From Macrostomum lignano (Eukaryota), in NCBI GenBank assembly GCA_002269645.1, contig NIVC01003650.1, positions 216-64,215 on the forward strand: DNA of 64,000 bases, read 5' to 3'. Below are positions 55,506-64,000 of the stretch, piece by piece. A model generated the notes under the pieces. The model was not told where the DNA came from. It ran no database searches and worked only from the letters and a program-made list of their open reading frames with translations. The position numbers and the translations under genes were made by a program. Every line of letters begins with the position of its first letter. The stretch's first letter is position 1.

Positions 55506-56380
55506 CATCACATCAAGGTGTTCGTTGACGCAGAAAAAGATTCAAAACTTATTTAACTTGAAAGGAAGAATTTGAAAAAAATGTTGTGTGGGAAATACTG
55601 CATTAACCAATATACTCGTAAGTTTTGCATTTGAGTTGTCAGAGAGAGAAGACACGGCGGTGTCAGAAAACGCGGCAGAGACAGGGGTCATGCGCTCACT
55701 CAAGCGTTGACACTTAGAGACGCCAAGGAATATTTCCAGTTGAGCAAGTCACTGAGTTGCTTGTCTCCGTCAGCATGTTGCATTGATTGGAATTTCATCC
55801 AACCTTTAATTAGCGTCTCAACTGCCATATATGGTATTGAGCTGTGATGCAATTAGAAATTAGTCTTTAAATTGCGTACAATATCAACAGCAGCCCACTG
55901 TGCCATTGTTGTAAACCGCAAGATAAAAATATCATAAATTACAGTGTGTCAGCCACATTCATTGGAACTGCACACTGCACGTATGCAGAAATTGGGGTGG
56001 TGGGTGTCCCCCTATTGCGTAATCAATGCAGGACCAGCCCCAAACCCCCGGCCCAAGCGTAGACTCTGCATGATGTAACTGGTAGAGAGCTGCAGGTGAG
56101 AGGGGAAACGTGTCTAGCTCAAAATATCTCTTAATTGCCAAGTAAACATTGTGTGGCTGACACACTGAGCTCTGCAAAATTACTCGAGCCAAGCATCCTG
56201 AGACGAGTCGTGTCGCCTCAATTTTTTTCTGAAGCTATAAATAAATTGTTAAGTAAGAATTATCCAATTATGGCTAAGCTACTCTTTCCTGAGCCAGCCG
56301 AGTTATTGCTCAAAGCTAGTCGACCAAATCAGCTCTGCTGTTTCGCCGCATTCAAAGCCAGGAGACAGAATCCAGCAGCC

Positions 56381-58580
56381 ATGACTGACGACACTGAGGA
56401 GGAGTCTGTGCTGGTCTACCGGCCCCAGTCCATGCTGTTTCCATCGTCTCCAGATCTGTCCATGACGTCATCTAGAACTTCGACATCATCACCAATGTCG
56501 CTGACAGTTCGGCAGGTGAACTCTGGCGAGTCTGCTGAAACCCGTCTGAGGTCCACGGTTGTGGAGGTCTTTCCGACAGCAGCTCAGTGCGTGACGAGCA
56601 GGTGGGTGACATTTGGAAGTTGACTGGCTGTGCAGTGATTGATGCCGTGTGTGTGTGTGGCTCAGGTGTGCAGTGATTGATGCCGTGTGTGCGGCTCAGG
56701 TGTGCAGCAATGACTGCTGTGCGGTCCTTATGCTGCTAACTTACTACCCAGACAAGCCATCCACAATTGGCTCACCCAAGCAGGCACCATCTACCGCTAG
56801 CGACTTCGTCACCGTCTCGTCTCTCAATCGACTCTCGTCTCTCGCTGCCCTCGCTAGTCGACTCGGTGCTTCGCTGGCGAACATCGTCGCCAGCCGGCAG
56901 TCCGGCCGGAACCTCTGAGGCAGTCGACGCCGGCAAGATGGCTCGACGCCGGCAGCGCCGCCGGATGCACCAGTCAGATCGGCTGCAGCGTCGAACCTGG
57001 GACGGCAGCGGAGACACCAGCGTCTGTCCAATCAAGATGGTGGGCAGTCCGGAGGAGACCAGCAGTCAGGCGCGGAGCGACCCGGACGATACTGCGCACA
57101 ACGGCTGCTTTAAGGACGAGGCCATTCCTACAGTCGAGAGGTTCGACGATCAATCGGACGTCCGAAGCGACGACGACTCCAACATAGTGGAAATCTACCT
57201 GGATAGCATCCTTGAGAACCTGCCGGACGAAGTCGACCCGCAAGGTTCCGCGGATTTCACTGGCAAAGAGGTCGCCGATGGCCCAAATACCGGCGAATGC
57301 GTCGATTTGGACGAGCTGCTGCTGCTGGCCGAGACCGCTGACGACGCCGCTGACAAGGCGAATGCGACGGCCGGTTCCGACCTGGTCGAGCTCGCTCGAG
57401 GCCAAGCTGCAGTCAGCGCCGAGGTTTCGGGCACTTCGACGAAACTCCTCGGGAAACGTCAGGTGTCGACTGTCCCGACGGTTGGCGTCGGCTGAGCGCC
57501 ACGGGCTCGGAGCCGGCGACCGACGAGTTCAGCTTCATCCGCGTCCGGGTTCTGCCGACGCCGACGCCGACAACCTTGCCAGCATCCGTGACCACGACGG
57601 CCACCATGCCGCGTCTGCGCCGAGCTGCCACCATGGCGGCGCCGGCAACGACGCTTGCAGCTCCGCAGAGGTTTTGGCCAGAAGCGGCCGGCGGCAGCAG
57701 CAGCACCAGCACTCGGCGCCGATTTCACAAGCGACGCCAGAGCTATATTTTGAATCGCACGCACGAGCAGCGGAAGCCGGGTGACAAAAATCAGAATTCG
57801 GTGGTCCTGACCGGAGCCAGGCGCAGTCTCGGGACGCCTGTCGCTAAGCCGGAGCAGCCGTCGCTGCCGCAGCCTCCGCCGTCGTCAGCGGCTCGGTTGC
57901 CCTCGTCCGCACCAGTCCGCGCCGTGATTTTTCACCCGCCATCGCAGGCTGGCAGAGCTGCCTACCTGGCGAACTACCTGGCCAGCAGCGGCCAGCCAGC
58001 CAGCATCTGGTCCTCCGGCGAGCTGCTTGCGGAGGTCGCCAACAACCGGTCAGAGTCAAAGCTGCCACGGTGGCAGCAGCGTCCGCGAATTCAGCAAGCT
58101 GCAAGACTGCTTCGCGACGGACTGTCCTTCCGCCGGTCCTCTCGACGCTACTCGAAGTCGGGCGCCGGCGCCGCCGCCGCTACGGCCGATCCTGCCGACG
58201 TTCTCGTCGCCTGCGCCAAGCGCAACTACCTGCCGGTGGTGCTGCTGCCGGCCTGCGATCCGACCGACGATGCCTATCTGCGTCGGCTCCGCGAATCCCT
58301 GGCCGGCATGACGCCATCGCTTCCTACTGGCCTCGTTGTCGTGGTCGCCGGGCCGTCCGAAGCCGCTCACTGGGCCGCGGCAGCTGGCGCCGACACGCCG
58401 CTCCAGGTGCTGCGCGACGAGCTGGCGGCGACATCGGCGGCGGCTACAAACGACGACAGTCGCCGGCATCAACGCCGCCAGCAGCAGCAGCAGCTGCCGC
58501 CGGGGCCCGAGTGCTGCCGACAAGTGCTGGCCGCCGCCCGCTGCTCCGGCGCCTTGGCAGCCCCGCACCGCCTGCTGTAA
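56381..58580 (+). CDS. Hypothetical multi-exon protein, probable -1 frameshift at ~57424, possible C-terminal TIR-like alpha/beta domain
   Basis: ATG 56381, possible donor 56516 and acceptor 56751 (phase 0). The frame is open to 57495 and the next frame is open from before 57423 to 58580. One extra G in gccgaggtttc would fuse them. The exon model is uncertain. Confidence 0.5.
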
Positions 58581-59174
58581 GCGACATGCACGCACTTGCG
58601 AGCGCTGAAGGCGTCGTTTTGCTTTAGTTGGCCCATAAATTTTTTAGAACCTTCAATTCTTTCTTTTTTGATACACGTTTAAATTTGCGCGCTACGTTCG
58701 CCTTGCTCTACTGACTGTACTGGCAAGTCAGTAGTAATACGTGCGTATGCGCGCTTGTGGCACAAATCGGCGTGGCAAGTGTCTCAGTTGTGGTTCGTTT
58801 GGTGGTGGGTGAATCGAAAAAATTTAAATTGTTTTAAACTACAGTGTTTTAGCGGTCAACCCTTGTCTGTGTACAAAAGATTTTATCATTTTTAGCCAGT
58901 TTTTACTCATAAAAGCTCCTTACAGGAGTTGTTGTTTCATGCTCTGTTTTTAATTGCTTCTGTTGATCATATTTAGTGATATTGATGCGATAAGAAATTT
59001 GCTTGTAATATGAACTTATAAATTTTCCTTTTCGCCTCTGACATTGCTTCATGTTGTGGCTTTATTCAAAGCCAAAAATAAACAACTAAAACTATTTCTA
59101 ACTGTCATTTTTATTCTCATCACTGCTTTGGCTGGAAAATTATTCGCTTTTTCTCCTTTTTGAGGGTTAACCGG

Positions 59175-61345
59175 GTAAGTGTACATTGGAATTGGGGTGA
59201 GTGTACATTGGAATTGGGGGTGTGTGTGCATTAGAATTGGGGTGAGTGTACATTGGAATTGGGGTGTGTGTACATTGGAATTGGGGTGAGTGTACATTGG
59301 AATTGGGGTGAGTGTACATTGGAATTGGGGGTGTGTGTGCATTAGAATTGGGGTGAGTGTACATTGGAATTGGGGTGTGTGTACATTGGAATTGGGGTGA
59401 GTGTACATTGGAATTGGGGTGAGTGCATTGGAATTGGGGTGAGTGTGCATTGGAATTGGGGGTGAGTGTACATTGGAATTGGGGTTAGTGTACATTGGAA
59501 TTGGGGGTGAGTGTACATTGGAATTGGGGTTAGTGTACATTGGAATTGGGGGTGTGTGTACATTGGAATTGGGGTTAGTGTTCATTGGAATTGGGGTGAG
59601 TGTGCATTGGAATTGGGGTGAGTGCATTGGAATTGGGGTGAGTGTGCATTGGAATTGGGGTGAGTGCATTGGAATTGGGGTGTGTGTACATTGGAATTGG
59701 GGTGAGTGTGCATTGGAATTGGGGTGAGTGCATTGGAATTGGGGTGAGTGTACATTGGAATTGGGGGTGAGTGTGCATTGGAATTGGGATGAGTGTGCAT
59801 TGGAATTGGGGTGAGTGCTCATTGGAATTGGGGGTGAGTGTACATTGGAATTGGGGTGAGTGCTCATTGGAATTGAGGGTGAGTGTGCATTGGAATTGGG
59901 GTGAGTGTGCATTGGAATTGGGATGAGTGTGCATTGGAATTGGGGGTGAGTGTTCATTGGAATTAGGGTTAGTGTACATTGGAATTGGGGTGAGTGTACA
60001 TTGGAATTGGGATGAGTGTGCATTGGAATTTGGGGTGAGTGTTCATTGGAATTGGGGTTAGTGTGCATTGGAATTGGGGTTAGTGTACATTGGAATTGGG
60101 GTTAGTGTACATTGGAATTGGGGTGAGTGTGCATTGGAATTGGGGTGAGTGTACATTGGAATTGGGGTGATTGTGCATTGGAATTGGGGGTGAGTGTACA
60201 TTGGAATTGGGGTTAGTGTACATTGGAATTGGGGGTGAGTGTACATTGGAATTGGGGTGAGTGTACATTGGAATTGGGGGTGAGTGTACATTGGAATTGG
60301 GGTGAGTGCTCATTGGAATTGAGGGTGAGTGTACATTGGAATTGGGGGTGAGTGCTCATTGGAATTGGGGGTGAGTGTGCATTGGAATTGGGGTTAGTGT
60401 ACATTGGAATTGGGGGTGAGTGCTCATTGGAATTGGGGTTAGTGTGCATTGGAATTGGGGTGAGTGTGCATTGGAATTGGGGTGAGTGTACATTGGAATT
60501 GGGGGTAAGTGTTCATTGGAATTGGGGTGAGTGTACATTGGAATTGGGGGTGAGTGTGCATTGGAATTTGGGGGTGAGTGTTCATTGGAATTGGGGTGAG
60601 TGTACATTGGAATTGGGGTGAGTGTGCATTGGAATTGGGGTTAGTGTGCATTGGAATTGAGGTGAGTGTGCATTGGAATTGAGGTGAGTGTGCATTGGAA
60701 TTGGGGTGAGTGTGCATTGGAATTGGGGTTAGTGTGCATTGGAATTGAGGTGAGTGTGCATTGGAATTGAGGGTGAGTGTGCATTGGAATTGGGGTTAGT
60801 GTGCATTGGAATTGAGGTGAGTGTGCATTGGAATTTGGGGGTGAGTGTTCATTGGAATTGGGGTGAGTGTGCATTGGAATTGGGGTGAGTGTGCATTGGA
60901 ATTGGGGTGAGTGTGCATTGGAATTGGGGTGAGTGTACATTGGAATTGGGGGTGAGTGTACATTGGAATTGGGGTGAGTGTGCATTGGAATTGGGGTGAG
61001 TGTGCATTGGAATTGGGGTGAGTGTGCATTGGAATTGGGGTGAGTGTGCATTGGAATTGGGGTGAGTGTGCATTGGAATTGGGGTTAGTGTGCATTGGAA
61101 TTGGGGTGAGTGTGCATTGGAATTGGGGTGAGTGTGCATTGGAATTGGGGTGAGTGTACATTGGAATTGGGGGTGAGTGTACATTGGAATTGGGGTGAGT
61201 GTGCATTGGAATTGGGGTGAGTGTGCATTGGAATTGGGGTGAGTGTGCATTGGAATTGGGGTGAGTGTGCATTGGAATTGGGGTGAGTGTGCATTGGAAT
61301 TGGGGTGAGTGTGCATTGGAATTGGGGTTAGTGTGCATTGGAATC
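59175..61345 (+). repeat. 22/23-bp G-rich satellite (cattggaattggggtgagtgt[a/g])
   Basis: About 95 units. Confidence 0.97.
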
Positions 61346-62029
61346 AACTTGCACTTTTGCAGCACTACTTTCCCGTTGGCCTGTGCCAGCCTGTATTATC
61401 AATCCTTCTTCTAAAAAAAAGAAAAAATATTTTTATTGAGGAGAGGATGGAAGTTCCCTTAATTAAACTCAACCGGCTCCATGCTGTACTTGGCCGTGCA
61501 TGCAGTGTTTATGCCAAGGCACGGGACTGGCTGCCTGAGATTTACAACAGCTGCCCGACCATTGTGCGCTTGTGTGCGCAAGTGTAATTATAAATGCTTT
61601 TGTGGGGTGGCGGGGGCGGCCACCCCTCACTGTCACAGTGCATGCAGTGTGCGCAGATACGAACGCAGATAAGGCCGCGTGCACTGCAGTCTCCGGGGTA
61701 TTCTGCGACTGATAAATGCAAACTCTCGTGCTTTTCAGCTCTACACGCTACTGGCGCACCCCACCCCTAGAATAGAATAGCAGCTTGCTTGCTTCCTGAA
61801 TCCTGCCAAGTTCTCTTCTGGCTAATAGCAGAGCAAGCATTTCTGCTTCAAGGATAAGATAGATTTTATATCGACTCAGCCTGAAGTTGCCAGCCGGATA
61901 CTTCTGCTGCATTGATGAGGCAGAAGAGCGACTCGGAGGCAAGGTGGAAAGGTGAGAAATACCTTGGATATCCGACTCTCGTATCCTCATCAGATCAATA
62001 TTGATCGAGGGGTCGTCTTGATTCCTAAA

Positions 62030-62670
62030 CTGGCGCTATTTCAAATCCTAAACTGGCGCCACTTCAAATTCTAATCTGGTGCCATTTCAAATTCTAATCT
62101 GGCGCCTTTTCAAATTCTAATCTGGGGCTTTTTCAAATTCTAATCTGGGGTCATTTCAAATTCTAATCTGGCGCCTTTTCAAATCCTAAACTGGCGCCAC
62201 TTCAAATTCTAATCTGGCGCCATTTCAAATTCTAATCTGGCGCCTTTTCAAATCCTAAACTGGCGCCACTTCAAATTCTAATCTGGCGCCATTTCAAATT
62301 CTAATCTGGCGCCTTTTCAAATCCTAAACTGGCGCCACTTCAAATTCTAATCTGGCGCCATTTCAAATTCTAATCTGGGGCTTTTTCAAATCCTAATCTG
62401 GCGCCATTTCAAATTCTAATCTGGCACCATTTCAAATTCTAATCTGGGGCCTTTTCAAATTCTAATCTGGCGCCATTTCAAATTCTAATCTGGCATCTTT
62501 TCAAATCCTAATCTGGCGCCATCTCAAATCCTAAATTGGGGCCATTTCAAATCCTAAATTGGCGCCATTTCAAATTCTAAATTGGGGCCATTTCAAATCC
62601 TAAATTGGCGCCATTTCAAATTCTAAACCGGCGCCTTTTCAAATTCTAATCTGGCGTCATTTTAAATCCT
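62030..62670 (+). repeat. 23-bp minisatellite (atttcaaattctaatctggcgcc)
   Basis: About 28 units. Confidence 0.95.
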
Positions 62671-63055
62671 TAAATCTTGCCGAACTTCGCTATATTACAA
62701 ATCCGAGGGAACTTGGCAGGTTATTTTGGTAGCATCTGTGCATATTCACGTTGGCGCGCAATGCTATTTTTGAATTGCTTTTTATCTCTGTCCTCTACAC
62801 TGGATCATGAAGCTCTCCACACAGAGCCTAGAGCTCTCGTTCTCTTCATCAAATTTAAGGCTTTCGTGAAGCTTTAAAGGGCTTTAGCACCAGCAGCGCC
62901 AGCGAAAATCAACATTTTTTGTCGAGATGAAAAATGAAACAACTAAGTTCTGCCCCGACTATATGGAAAAGAAACTCGCGATCTTATTCGTAATCTCTCC
63001 CACTCTTATCTTCTTAAGCCTACACCGCCGCAGCCCCCACCACGGCACTTCCAGG

Positions 63056-63197
63056 ATGTCCGACAGAAAGGCCGCCGATGTCAAACTGCTGCTGCTGCAG
63101 CCCGCCGCCGCGGCTTACTCTGAGGACATTGCTGATCTAATTCTGACGCTGTACACCAGGCCTGCCACCGGCCAGGAGATGCGCGTCTACATTGTGG
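63056..63197 (+). CDS. Probable first coding exon of an unassigned gene (MSDRKAADVKLLLLQP...EMRVYIV)
   Basis: ATG in a GC-rich patch ending at a strong G|GTGAG donor. Weak resemblance to the RNase H2 subunit B N-terminus (unverified). Confidence 0.45.
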
Positions 63198-63224
63198 GTG
63201 AGCACTGTAGGGCATTCAAGTAGC

Positions 63225-64000
63225 TGGAACTGGGAGATTGGGGAGAATCAGAAAGGGGAGAGCGGGAACTGGGAGAGGATTGGGGAGAATTGGAAAGGGG
63301 AGAGCGGGAACTGGGAGAGGATTGGGGGAGAATTGGAAAGGGGAGAGCGGGAACTGGGAGAGGATTTGGGGAGAATTAGAAATGGGATAACGGGAACTGG
63401 GAGATTGGGGAGAATTAGAAAGGGGAGAGCGGGAACTGGGAGATTGGGGAGAATTAGAAATGGGATAACGGGAACTGGGAGATTGGGGTTAAATAGAAAG
63501 GGGAGAGCGGAACTGGGAGATTGGGGAGAATTGAAAGGGGAGAGCGGAACTGGGAGATTGGGGAGAATTGGAAAGGGGAGAGCAGGAACTGGGAGATTGG
63601 GGAGAATTAGAAATGGGATAACGGGAACTGAGAGATTGGGAGAATTAGAAAGGGGAGAGCGGGAACTGGGAGATTGGGGAGAATTGGAAAGGGGAGAGCG
63701 GGAACTGGGAGATTGGGGAGAATTAGAAATGGGAGAGTGGGAACTGGGAGATTGGGGAGAATTAGAAATGGGAGAGCAGGAACTGGGAGATTGGGGAGAA
63801 TTAGAAATGGGATAACGGGAACTGGGAGATTGGGGAGAATTAGAAATGGGATAACGGGAACTGGGAGATTGGGGTTAAATAGAAAGGGGAGAGCGGAACT
63901 GGGAGATTGGGGAGAATTGGAAAGGGGAGAGCGAACTGGGAGATTGGGAGAATTGGAAAGGGGAGAGCGGAACTGGAGATTGGGAGAAATTGGAAAGGGA
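63225..64000 (+). repeat. Purine-rich ~38-bp minisatellite (gggaactgggagattggggagaattagaaa...), intronic
   Basis: Begins ~25 bp after the donor and runs off the window. Confidence 0.93.

Noticed and set aside
59049-61365. His/Pro/Cys-rich ORFs resembling metal-binding proteins
   Set aside because: They are satellite translations open in several frames, with no unique coding flanks.

Overview
Eukaryotic (animal) genomic DNA with GC-rich exons, short GT-AG introns, AT-rich intergenic DNA and very large micro/minisatellite loads. This style resembles a free-living flatworm such as Macrostomum (inference only). Recognisable host genes: a metadherin/LYRIC-like KKEEPKA-repeat protein, PRR5/Protor, a divergent CDK-family kinase, an orphan 7TM receptor, a Rab10-like GTPase, and several unassigned ORFs, one with a possible TIR-like domain. 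Mobile DNA: an apparently intact Chapaev DNA transposon (long TIRs, TTTA TSD, 664-aa transposase), a 5'-truncated Penelope-like retroelement with an inverted terminal repeat and hammerhead motifs, and several MITEs. The most unusual region is 4.3-18 kb, a nest of five Crypton-type tyrosine-recombinase (YR) copies or fragments. It is interleaved with 20 exact copies of the octamer CCATAGAC/GTCTATGG (counted by eye), and the PRR5 gene lies between two directly oriented copies. All calls come from reading motifs by eye; no searches were run.
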